In this document: positions 8,309 to 16,978 of the stretch, in pieces
Position numbering within the stretch: position 1 is the stretch's first letter
Layout: the number at the start of each line of letters is the position of its first letter
Virus record (IMG/VR): IMGVR_UViG_3300043908_002281
Coordinates: 1-34,764 of that record
Reading direction: 5' to 3' (one strand)
Origin: a virus
Taxonomy: Duplodnaviria > Caudoviricetes
Length of the DNA: 34,764 nt
Made by a program: the position numbers and the translations under genes
The notes under the pieces: model-generated
The model's database searches: none
The model's input: the letters and a program-made list of their open reading frames with translations, nothing else
What the model was told of the DNA's origin: nothing

Positions 8309-9283
8309 ATGTCAGCAAACACATTAAAAGTAAAAAGAAGTGCAACATTTAGTAGCACAAGCAATCCAAGCTCTTTGTCTTATGGAGAATTAGCGTTTAA
8401 TAATGGTGGCTCTAAATTTTTTGTTGGTAAACAAACTGATGGTGGTGGTACTGTTGAGCCATTTCATATTTCAAGCTTAGCAGATTTAAGTGTTGGAGAA
8501 GGATTAGACATTTCTCTTGGAAGTGGAAACTCTGATAATACAGCTACTATATCTGCAGAGGAATCATCTGCAAGTAATTTAGGTGTCGTCATTGTAGAAG
8601 CTGGAGAGGGTATAGATGTATCTTATTCATCTGGTACTGCTACTGTAGCAGCAGAAGATGCAACAGCTTCTAATAAAGGTATTGCATCATTTGCAAGTGC
8701 AGATTTTGGCGTTTCAAGTGGAGCAGTAACTATCAAATCTGGTGGTGTTTCAAATGCTCAATTAGCAGGTAGTATTGCAAATTCAAAACTTGCAAACTCT
8801 TCTATAACAGTATCTGATGGTAGTAATACTACTGCAACATCATTAGGAGGAACAATTACATTCAGTGGTACATCAAATGAAGTAGAAGTAGCAGAGAGTT
8901 CTGGTACTGTTACTGTAGGTTTACCAAGCAATGTTACTGTAGGAAATAATCTTACTGTAACTGGTAATCTTACTGTTAATGGAACTACTACTACTGTTAA
9001 TTCAACTACAGTAACTTTAGATGACCCTATCTTTACACTTGGTGGAGATTCTGCTCCAGGAAGTGATGATAATAAAGATAGAGGTATTGAGTTTAGATAC
9101 CACACTGGTAGTGCTGCAAAAGTAGGATTCTTTGGTTTTGATGACTCTACTGGTAAGTTTACATTTATAGATGATGCTTCAAATTCAAGTGAAGTATTTA
9201 GTGGTAGTGCAGGAGATGTTGTTTTTGGAGCAGTACAAGCTTCATCAATTACACATGCAACAATAGATGGTGGAACTTACTAA
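8309..9283 (+). CDS. Fibre protein
   Basis: LKVKRS...PSSLSYGELAFN N-terminal module; Gly/Ser/Thr-rich; GNLTVNGTTTTVNST; ends IDGGTY. Confidence 0.75.
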   Translation: MSANTLKVKRSATFSSTSNPSSLSYGELAFNNGGSKFFVGKQTDGGGTVEPFHISSLADLSVGEGLDISLGSGNSDNTATISAEESSASNLGVVIVEAGEGIDVSYSSGTATVAAEDATASNKGIASFASADFGVSSGAVTIKSGGVSNAQLAGSIANSKLANSSITVSDGSNTTATSLGGTITFSGTSNEVEVAESSGTVTVGLPSNVTVGNNLTVTGNLTVNGTTTTVNSTTVTLDDPIFTLGGDSAPGSDDNKDRGIEFRYHTGSAAKVGFFGFDDSTGKFTFIDDASNSSEVFSGSAGDVVFGAVQASSITHATIDGGTY

Positions 9284-9297
9284 TATAGGAGACTTAA

Positions 9298-11664
9298 ATG
9301 TCATCAAATACAATTAAAATAAAAGCTGGTAGTGGAACACCTACTACCAGTGATATTCAAGATAAAGAATTAGCTTTTGACAGAAGTGCGGATAAACTAT
9401 ATATCAATGATGCTGGTAGCATTGTTGATTTAACTGGAAGTGCTTCATTAGATACTGAAGCAGTCCAAGACATAGTTGGAGCAATGTTTACATCTAATAC
9501 TGAAACACGCATAAGTGCCACATATCAAGATGGAGATGGTACTATTGATTTAGTCGTAGATGATATGACTGCAGATACAAACACTAATCAATTAACAACT
9601 TTTACTCTTACTGCAGACAGTGGTTCTAATCAAACAATAGCACATGGAAATACTTTAGATATTGCTGGTGGAACAAATATTACAACATCTGTAGGCTCTA
9701 CCGATACTGTAACTATTAATTTAGACGATTTACCAGCAAGTAAAATTACAAGTGGAGAACTTGCTACTGCCAGAGTAAATTGGGATAGCACAGATAAAAC
9801 AGTAAGATGGGATAATGGTAGAGGTTATCATGGTAATCCAAGAAGTGTTGCTATGGGATATTCTGGTGGTAACTATGGACAGCTTGGATACAATATAGAA
9901 TTTACTACAACATCAAATGAACACACTTATTCATTTAATGATATTGCTACAAGAGTAGATTTGTATGATGGAATAGTAGTTTATACAAGTGTTAGTGGTG
10001 GTACTGCTGGTAGCACTATTTCTTGGACTGAATTGTTAGAGTGTAGAAATAATACATTTACATATAAAGGAAGTCAAATACCTACTATGGCTAATGGCTC
10101 TAATAATAGAATTATGACATCTAATGATGCTTTTAGTATTAATGGAGAAGCTAATCTTACTTTTGATGGTACTACTTTACAAATTGATAATAGATTACAT
10201 TTAGATGGTACAACTCCATTTATAAGGATTCAAGAGAGTGGCGTTACAAATGACCCAGAATTTTGGTTTGGTGTTGATGGAGGTAATTTAAGTATAAGAT
10301 TAAACAATACTGGTACTTATCCATTGCAAGTAATTACTGATAGCGATAATGATGCTGTAGATAGTATTAATCTTGGTTATAATACCACTGTTCAAGGCAA
10401 TGTAACATTAAATGGAATTGTATTAGATGGTAATACAATTACTGGTGTAGATGATTCTGGAGAATTTACTAATGACGATGCTCACATTATGACTTCTGCA
10501 GCAGTAGAAGATAAAATTTTGGGTTATGGATATACGACTAATACTGGAGATATAACTGCAGTAACTGCTGGTACTGGTTTAGATGGGGGTGGTTCATCTG
10601 GCGATGTCAGTCTATCTGTTGATGTATCTGATTTTATGGCTAATGGTAGCAATAACAGAATTGTAACTGCTACTGGTACAGATGCTATGAACGCAGAAGC
10701 TAACTTTACTATAGATGGTACAAGTTTGCAATTAGGCGATAGTAAAATTTTAAGTCTTGGTAATTCTGACGATTTACAAATACATCATACATCTAATCAA
10801 AATCGTATAGATTTAAATAATGGTAATCTTACTTTCCGAGATGATGGAGATAATAATATTTTTATCATTTATAGAGAGGGTGGTGGAGTTGAATTAGCAG
10901 AGGGCGATTTAACAATACCTGCAACTTCCAAACTTTACTTAGATGGTGGTGGTAATAGCTACATACAAGAAGAATCATCAGACAATCTTATCTTTAGAGC
11001 AGCTGGTGGTAACTACTTAAGAGTTACTGGTAGTAATATTGTATTAAATGACCCTGCAGCAAGTTATGATGTAAGAATTGAGGGAGATACAGATAGTAAT
11101 TTATTTTTTACAGATGGTAGTGCAGATAGGGTTGGGATTGGAACGAACTCGCCTGGAGAAAAATTAGATTTAAGAGATGGTAATTTTAGGGTAGGTGGAT
11201 TTAATACTGGAAGTGATTATGGTGTAATATTTACACCAGCTGATTCAGGTTCTTACTGGCACATATACAATGATGCAGGTGGAGATTTATCATTTGGTAG
11301 AAGTGCAACAATAGGTAGTTCAGAAAAGATGCAAATAGACTCATCTGGTAACTTAAGTGTGTCAGCAGATGTTATAGCTTTTGCTTCATCAGATAAAAGA
11401 TTAAAAGATAATTTAAAACCTATTGAAAATTCTTTAGATAAAGTTTCTAAACTATCTGGATATGAATTTGATTGGAACGATAAACAAGAAACCTTTAAAG
11501 GACACGATGTAGGTGTAGTAGCACAAGAAGTGGAAGAAGTATTACCAGAGGTAGTTACTACAAGAGATACTGGATACAAGGCAGTAAAATACGAAAAATT
11601 AATACCTTTATTAATTGAGTCTATTAAAGAACTTAAAGCAGAAATAGAGGAGTTAAAAAAATGA
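9298..11664 (+). CDS. Long fibre protein with C-terminal peptidase S74 intramolecular chaperone
   Basis: SSDKRLKDNL...GVVAQEVEEVLPEVV...VKYEKLIPLLIESIKEL; two internal MANGSNNRI...EAN repeats; RVGIGTNSP. Confidence 0.85.
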   Translation: MSSNTIKIKAGSGTPTTSDIQDKELAFDRSADKLYINDAGSIVDLTGSASLDTEAVQDIVGAMFTSNTETRISATYQDGDGTIDLVVDDMTADTNTNQLTTFTLTADSGSNQTIAHGNTLDIAGGTNITTSVGSTDTVTINLDDLPASKITSGELATARVNWDSTDKTVRWDNGRGYHGNPRSVAMGYSGGNYGQLGYNIEFTTTSNEHTYSFNDIATRVDLYDGIVVYTSVSGGTAGSTISWTELLECRNNTFTYKGSQIPTMANGSNNRIMTSNDAFSINGEANLTFDGTTLQIDNRLHLDGTTPFIRIQESGVTNDPEFWFGVDGGNLSIRLNNTGTYPLQVITDSDNDAVDSINLGYNTTVQGNVTLNGIVLDGNTITGVDDSGEFTNDDAHIMTSAAVEDKILGYGYTTNTGDITAVTAGTGLDGGGSSGDVSLSVDVSDFMANGSNNRIVTATGTDAMNAEANFTIDGTSLQLGDSKILSLGNSDDLQIHHTSNQNRIDLNNGNLTFRDDGDNNIFIIYREGGGVELAEGDLTIPATSKLYLDGGGNSYIQEESSDNLIFRAAGGNYLRVTGSNIVLNDPAASYDVRIEGDTDSNLFFTDGSADRVGIGTNSPGEKLDLRDGNFRVGGFNTGSDYGVIFTPADSGSYWHIYNDAGGDLSFGRSATIGSSEKMQIDSSGNLSVSADVIAFASSDKRLKDNLKPIENSLDKVSKLSGYEFDWNDKQETFKGHDVGVVAQEVEEVLPEVVTTRDTGYKAVKYEKLIPLLIESIKELKAEIEELKK

Positions 11665-12767
11665 GTTTAACTTCTTCTGGACAAATTAGCATTAGTGATA
11701 TTAATGGAGAGTTTGGCAGAAGTGGTACGACTGCAAATAGTTCATTAGAAGATTTATCTGATGGTACTGTTGCAACTATAAATACACAAAATGATAGTGC
11801 AGATAGACCAGATGGCTCTGCTCCACACGCTATGACAGAGTTTTATAGTTATGACCACGATTTAGCAGGTACATCTTGGAGTGTTGCAGATAATACTGGA
11901 TTAAACCTTGTTGATTTACCTGGACAAACTGCAACAAGTAATAAAGATGCACAGATGACAGTAAATAGTGGTAGTGGTGGAACAAGCTGTTCTTTGAGTA
12001 CAACTGGTGGTCCATTTGGTAATTTTACATTAGCCATATCAAGCAGTGGTGACCCAGGTTTTGGAGGTACAAGTAATAGTGGTAGTGGTTTTATAAGCAC
12101 AACTACAGCTAACAGTAACACTTTATTTAGTAGTCATAATTCTGGTACAAGATATATTAGAACAAGGTGGCAACATACTCCAAGTAATAAAGATGGTACT
12201 GGAGCATATACATTAACACTGACAAATAATAGCGTAAGTGCAACTATTACTGGAACTATTAACTTTTCTTCTGGTGGTGGATTTGGTTTATGTATTTATG
12301 AAAATATACCAGTTAATTTAAAAGAAGGTACTGCAAACATACACGACTTAGATGTTGGAGATATGATTATGTCTTACAACTGGGAGACTGGACAAGAAGA
12401 AGAAGTAGAGATTTTACAAATTGAAAAAAGATTACACGATAACTTGTATAAAATTATGTTATCAGACCCTAACGATAAAACAGAGGGAGAAGAACTTAAA
12501 GAATTAATTCTAACATCAGACCACCCTATATATAAAAATGATGGCACTATGGTTTCTGAAAATCCAGAATTAAGTAAATCTAATTATGATTTAGATTCTG
12601 TAGAAATACAACCTAACGACTTACTTAAAATGCTTGATGGAAAATATTATGCTAATGTACACAGATTAGAGGGATTTCCTAAAAAGCATTGGACTTACAC
12701 TATATTAACAAAGAATAATAACTTTTATGCAAATGGCGTATTAGTGCATTCTGAAATTGAGGAATAA
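11661..12767 (+). CDS. Fibre-associated protein with a C-terminal Hint (intein-like) domain
   Basis: N-terminal SSGQISISDINGEFG. The Hint domain starts at Cys211 (12291): CIYENIPV, IHDLDVGDMIMSY, LTSDHP, NNFYANGVLVHS. Confidence 0.85.
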   Translation: MSLTSSGQISISDINGEFGRSGTTANSSLEDLSDGTVATINTQNDSADRPDGSAPHAMTEFYSYDHDLAGTSWSVADNTGLNLVDLPGQTATSNKDAQMTVNSGSGGTSCSLSTTGGPFGNFTLAISSSGDPGFGGTSNSGSGFISTTTANSNTLFSSHNSGTRYIRTRWQHTPSNKDGTGAYTLTLTNNSVSATITGTINFSSGGGFGLCIYENIPVNLKEGTANIHDLDVGDMIMSYNWETGQEEEVEILQIEKRLHDNLYKIMLSDPNDKTEGEELKELILTSDHPIYKNDGTMVSENPELSKSNYDLDSVEIQPNDLLKMLDGKYYANVHRLEGFPKKHWTYTILTKNNNFYANGVLVHSEIEE

Positions 12768-12768
12768 A

Positions 12769-13065
12769 ATGGAAATTGGAAAAGATAGCAAATTTACATT
12801 ATCTATAGAAACAGCTATAAGCATTTTAGTTACTGTAGGTATGATAATTGGTATGTGGTATTCCTTACAAGCAGAAATAGAACTTGCTAAAGAACTACCA
12901 GAGCCAGAAGTGTCACGAATGGAATATGATTTAAAAGACCAAATGATTCGTGATTCAATATTAAATACTGAAGAAAAAGTAGATAAACTTGAAGAAAAGG
13001 TTGATTCTGTAAAAGATGATACAAGAATGATTCAAGAAACTTTACTGGATATGAATAAAGACTAA
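12769..13065 (+). CDS. Single-TM coiled-coil membrane protein
   Basis: TM segment AISILVTVGMIIGMWYSL followed by heptads EEKVDKLEEKVDSV. Confidence 0.65.
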   Translation: MEIGKDSKFTLSIETAISILVTVGMIIGMWYSLQAEIELAKELPEPEVSRMEYDLKDQMIRDSILNTEEKVDKLEEKVDSVKDDTRMIQETLLDMNKD

Positions 13066-13077
13066 TGAGGTACACAG

Positions 13078-13461
13078 ATGAATTATTATTATGGTATGGC
13101 ATGGTTGCTTGGATTATTTTTATGGCAATCGCCCTTATACTCGCAATCGGTTAATTTAGAAAACTTTCAACAGATACAAGCACTTAATGTTCAAAATTGT
13201 GCAGTTGTTCAAGTAAACGCTGCTTGGAACTATAAAAACAGAGTTAAGATTGAAAAATTAGCAAAACTTTGCTATGTTGCAGAAGTGGACTTATCAAATA
13301 AGCAAATTGGAGCAGTCATACAAAAAGAGTGGAATATTAAAGTAGTTCCTACTATTATCATATTTGAGAATGGTAAAGAAACTATGAGGTATGAGCCTGG
13401 TATTAGCATGAGATTTGATGAGCAAGAAGTGTTTGAAAAAATTAAAAAGGAAATCAAATGA
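13078..13461 (+). CDS. Exported thioredoxin-fold protein without CxxC
   Basis: Signal-like N-terminus; VVQVNAAWN in place of WCxxC; NIKVVPTIIIFENGKE cis-Pro motif. Confidence 0.7.
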   Translation: MNYYYGMAWLLGLFLWQSPLYSQSVNLENFQQIQALNVQNCAVVQVNAAWNYKNRVKIEKLAKLCYVAEVDLSNKQIGAVIQKEWNIKVVPTIIIFENGKETMRYEPGISMRFDEQEVFEKIKKEIK

Positions 13462-13562
13462 AACATAAAATGAAAAAAAAGAAAAAAGGCTTATCAGCTA
13501 AACAAAAAAAACTACCAATGGCTTTACAAAAAGCAATATTAAAAAAGAAGCGTAAAAAATGA
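13458..13562 (+). CDS. Tiny Lys-rich protein (34 aa)
   Basis: MKHKMKKKKKGLSAKQKKLPMALQKAILKKKRKK; ATGA overlaps at both ends. Confidence 0.6.
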   Translation: MKHKMKKKKKGLSAKQKKLPMALQKAILKKKRKK

Positions 13563-13744
13563 GGCACAAAAAAAGAAAATCAAGAGTAAACGAAGCTGGT
13601 AATTACACTAAACCTGCTATGCGTAAAAGATTGTTTAATAAGATATTAGCAAGTAGTAAAGGTGGCAGACCTGGACAATGGTCTGCTCGTAAAGCACAAA
13701 TGTTAGCAAAGCAGTATAAAGCTAAAGGTGGAGGCTATAGATAA
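13559..13744 (+). CDS. Basic protein resembling the N-half of DUF5872-type proteins
   Basis: YTKPAMRKRL...KGGRPGQWSARKAQMLAKQYKAKGGGY. Confidence 0.7.
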   Translation: MRHKKRKSRVNEAGNYTKPAMRKRLFNKILASSKGGRPGQWSARKAQMLAKQYKAKGGGYR

Positions 13745-13983
13745 TGGCTATGAAGAAATCCCAGAAGAGTTTAGCAAGATGGACTAAACAAAAATGGAGA
13801 ACAAAGTCTGGTAAACCTTCATCTAAAACTGGAGAAAGATATTTACCTTCAAGAGTTATAAAATCTATGTCAGCATCAGAGTATGCTTACGAAACAAGAA
13901 AGAAAAGAAAAGCTACTAAAAAAGGTAAGCAATCTGCAAAATATTCTAAATCAACACTTAAAAAAATGAGAAGATATTATTAA
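13744..13983 (+). CDS. Basic protein resembling the C-half of DUF5872-type proteins
   Basis: SQKSLARWTKQKWRTKSG...ERYLP; TAATG-coupled. Confidence 0.7.
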   Translation: MAMKKSQKSLARWTKQKWRTKSGKPSSKTGERYLPSRVIKSMSASEYAYETRKKRKATKKGKQSAKYSKSTLKKMRRYY

Positions 13984-14004
13984 CTTCTAAGAAAAGGAGA
14001 AGCA

Positions 14005-14178
14005 ATGTTGCAAGAAGCACAAGATAAACTTAAAGAACTTGTTGAGCAGTATAATGCTACAAATCAAGCTATTGTTGATGCACAAGCAAGACAGTCTGAT
14101 TTAAAGTTAGCAATAGCAGAACAACAAGGATTTATTAGAGGACTTGAATCTAATAAGAAACCAAAAAAGGAAAAGTAA
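14005..14178 (+). CDS. Small coiled-coil protein (57 aa)
   Basis: AAGGAG SD; MLQEAQDKLKELVEQYNATNQAIVDAQARQSDLKLAIAEQQGFIRGLESNKKPKKEK. Confidence 0.65.
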   Translation: MLQEAQDKLKELVEQYNATNQAIVDAQARQSDLKLAIAEQQGFIRGLESNKKPKKEK

Positions 14179-14240
14179 TGCCATATCACAAAGGTAAGAA
14201 AAAGAAAAAGAAAGTAATGAAAAGAGGGAAAAAGAAATGA
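14178..14240 (+). CDS. 20-aa Lys-rich peptide
   Basis: MPYHKGKKKKKKVMKRGKKK; TAATG and ATGA couplings. Confidence 0.5.
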   Translation: MPYHKGKKKKKKVMKRGKKK

Positions 14241-14383
14241 AAGTAAAAGCTCCTAAAGGCTATCATTTTATGAAAAAAGGTAGCAAGGTATCTTTAATGA
14301 AGAATCCCAAAGGTGGTTATAAACCACATAAAGGAGCTTCTCTCTTTACTTCTTTCCCAGTTCAAAAGAAGCACAATGGATAA
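14237..14383 (+). CDS. Small basic protein (48 aa)
   Basis: MKVKAPKGYHFMKKGSKVSLMKNPKGGYKPHKGASLFTSFPVQKKHNG; overlaps the lysin start. Confidence 0.6.
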   Translation: MKVKAPKGYHFMKKGSKVSLMKNPKGGYKPHKGASLFTSFPVQKKHNG

Positions 14384-14864
14384 AGAAACTAAAAAGATTA
14401 TAGATAAAGTAATCCACAATGAAGGTGGTTATAATAATGACCACGAAGATTTAGGAGGAGAAACTAAATATGGTATATCAAAAAGATGGTATCCACATTT
14501 AAATATTCCAACTTTATCCTTAGAAGATGCTTTTCAAATTTATTACGACGATTACTATGTACCTGCAAAGGTAAATAAACTGCCCTATGCTCTTAGATAC
14601 CCTTTCTTTGATTGTGTAATAAACACAGGTCAAAATAGGGCAGTTAAAATATTGCAACAAGCAATCAACTATAGTATTGTAATGCCAATTAAAGTTGATG
14701 GTAAGATTGGACCAAATACAATAAAACACGCACAAGGTTTATCTGCAGAAAGATTTGCTGCATATAGAATTAAATTTTATTGTAAATTACTGGATGCAAA
14801 ACCAGAGCAAGAAAAGTTCTATTATGGTTGGTTTAAACGAACATTAGAGACAATATATGGCTGA
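14376..14864 (+). CDS. Endolysin, glycoside hydrolase family 108 with peptidoglycan-binding C-terminus
   Basis: EGGYNNDHEDLGGETKYGIS, VDGKIGPNT and FYYGWFKR; likely start MDKETKK at 14376. Confidence 0.9.
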   Translation: MDKETKKIIDKVIHNEGGYNNDHEDLGGETKYGISKRWYPHLNIPTLSLEDAFQIYYDDYYVPAKVNKLPYALRYPFFDCVINTGQNRAVKILQQAINYSIVMPIKVDGKIGPNTIKHAQGLSAERFAAYRIKFYCKLLDAKPEQEKFYYGWFKRTLETIYG

Positions 14865-15828
14865 TTATATAACACAAAGAGATTTATACGATATTTATCC
14901 AAATATAGGCGAATACGATTCTAAGAATGTAGTCTATGGATGGAAAGTAGATTCTGGTAGCAGATATAAAGCAGAAAATCCTGGATTGGTAACTGCTTTA
15001 TTTGCGGATGGACAAAACTTAGGCTCTGCCCAAACAAGCAAAACTGCAGTTGATGCTAATGGGGAGTGGTACTATGATGCTACAAATGATGTAGTGTACT
15101 ATTATAACGATTCAACTAATCCGCAAAACATCTTGATGGAGGCAGGAGAAGATAACGCAACCTTTAAATCAAGAATGATTTCTAATGCTACCGCATATTT
15201 TAATTCTAAAGTAGATAGCACATTACCAAGAGAAATGTTTGTTCTTGAAGATGGCTCTTATGATTACTTTGTTAAAAGAACAGTAGGATTGTTTTGTTCT
15301 GCATTTATGATAAAGGCTTATGAGCCAGAAAGCGATATTGCAGAAGCCTTATTAGAAGAAGCAGAAACTAATGTTATTGATTTAAACGAAGGTAGAGTTA
15401 AACTTGGATTTCAGACTTCTGGGGATATGTCTCAAGGAGTTATTAATAAAATATCAGTCAGTGGCTCACTTAACATTATAGATACCAGAGGAGATTACAC
15501 TGGAACTTTTGATAAGATTAAAGTTATAGTTACCACTGGTGGAGCAATAGGAACTGCTAAGTATTCTGTGTATGTAAAAGACCAAGATGGATTAAAAAAT
15601 AAAATTGTTATTACAGATAAAATTATCAATGGAGACTATCAAGACCTATCTGGTGGTTTACAGATTAGATTTTCTGGAGCAACAGATAGTTCTACTGCAA
15701 CACAAAATGATGAGTGGGAAATAGAAGTAGCAGGTAGATATGAGCATACTGACAATGCTTCTGTTAGAACTATACAACTTACAAGAAACTCAACCAAGAG
15801 AAGAAAATTTAGCTTCTTTAAAAACTAA
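14857..15828 (+). CDS. Virion structural protein (putative neck/adaptor)
   Basis: 323 aa ahead of the tail genes; function inferred from position only. Confidence 0.5.
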   Translation: MADYITQRDLYDIYPNIGEYDSKNVVYGWKVDSGSRYKAENPGLVTALFADGQNLGSAQTSKTAVDANGEWYYDATNDVVYYYNDSTNPQNILMEAGEDNATFKSRMISNATAYFNSKVDSTLPREMFVLEDGSYDYFVKRTVGLFCSAFMIKAYEPESDIAEALLEEAETNVIDLNEGRVKLGFQTSGDMSQGVINKISVSGSLNIIDTRGDYTGTFDKIKVIVTTGGAIGTAKYSVYVKDQDGLKNKIVITDKIINGDYQDLSGGLQIRFSGATDSSTATQNDEWEIEVAGRYEHTDNASVRTIQLTRNSTKRRKFSFFKN

Positions 15829-16262
15829 TGCCTACATCCTACGACAAGATTTATTCTGAAAATATTATTGATAATATCGTAGGCACAATGAGAAGTGAGT
15901 TTGGTAATACCATACAAGTTTTTTTCTCTGATTCTTTTGTAAAAAAATCAAATAAAAATTTAAGATTAAGTATTATAAATCAAGCATTTAAAGAAGTTAA
16001 TAAAGATAAAATGCTCAACAACTACACTATTCAATTAAAATTATCTACTATATTAGGTAGAATAAGCAAAGAAAGTTATAAGTCTTTCTTTTATGACATA
16101 CATAGAGTAGAGCAATCATTGCTATCTTTAAAAGGTATATTAGAGTTATTAGATTTTTCTATTGATAGTATTTCTTTAAATGATTATGATGATGAAGAAG
16201 AAAATGTAGCAGGTTTATACAATGCTACTTTTATTGTAAGTTTTAGTTTATTAAAGGGATAA
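15828..16262 (+). CDS. Putative tail completion/neck protein
   Basis: Size and position; loosely resembles the next ORF. Confidence 0.45.
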   Translation: MPTSYDKIYSENIIDNIVGTMRSEFGNTIQVFFSDSFVKKSNKNLRLSIINQAFKEVNKDKMLNNYTIQLKLSTILGRISKESYKSFFYDIHRVEQSLLSLKGILELLDFSIDSISLNDYDDEEENVAGLYNATFIVSFSLLKG

Positions 16263-16263
16263 T

Positions 16264-16785
16264 ATGCCATTAACACCAACAAATTATTTATATGATAATC
16301 TCTTAACAAAGATTGAATCAATACTTAAAACAGAGTATGATGGTAGTTTTCCTATATATATTGGCGAAGAGTATAAGAAAAATAGAAACTCTCATATAAG
16401 ACTATTTATAGACAATATATCTAACATAGACAGTAAAGAAAAAAGCATTGTAAATCTATGCAACTTCTCTATAAATCTATATTTAAATATTAAGTCTAAT
16501 GATGTACAAGCAAAGAAAAAGCTAACAGATATGACAAATAGGTTAGAACAAGTATTGTTTGAAAACCAACTTAACGATAATAATCTTTATTTTGATGGCA
16601 GAATAGAAAGCATTGAAACAGATATAAAGGAAGATGAAGAAGTATTTGTTGATAATTTGCGTGTTTCAAGAATAAATTATAGCGTTAAAATACCGTTAGT
16701 TTTCAATACTTATGGATTCTTCTTGTTAAGTAATGAAGATAATTTTTTAACAAGTAGCAGTGATAAATTTTTAGTATTAAATTAA
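16264..16785 (+). CDS. Putative tail terminator protein
   Basis: Size and position before the tail tube gene. Confidence 0.45.
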   Translation: MPLTPTNYLYDNLLTKIESILKTEYDGSFPIYIGEEYKKNRNSHIRLFIDNISNIDSKEKSIVNLCNFSINLYLNIKSNDVQAKKKLTDMTNRLEQVLFENQLNDNNLYFDGRIESIETDIKEDEEVFVDNLRVSRINYSVKIPLVFNTYGFFLLSNEDNFLTSSSDKFLVLN

Positions 16786-16794
16786 GGACTAATT

Positions 16795-16977
16795 ATGAAA
16801 TATATTTTAAAAGAAGATTATATGCCAGATGCAATTTCTGGTGTAGATAGTAAAATTATGGATGCAATGCAAAAGGGTAAACCTTTTGATTGTGATAGAT
16901 TACCAAGAAACCTTATTGGTAAGGTAGAAATGGTAGAAGAAAAACCAAAAAAAGTTGTTAAAAAGGAGATAGATTAA
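16795..16977 (+). CDS. Hypothetical protein
   Basis: 60 aa with an AAGGA SD, between the neck and tube genes. Confidence 0.55.
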   Translation: MKYILKEDYMPDAISGVDSKIMDAMQKGKPFDCDRLPRNLIGKVEMVEEKPKKVVKKEID

Positions 16978-16978
16978 G

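Noticed and set aside
12291-12767. Canonical mobile intein
   Set aside because: There is no homing endonuclease, no terminal Asn or +1 nucleophile, and only four residues follow the domain.
8309-12767. Diversity-generating retroelement acting on the fibre genes
   Set aside because: No reverse transcriptase and no template/variable repeat pair were seen.
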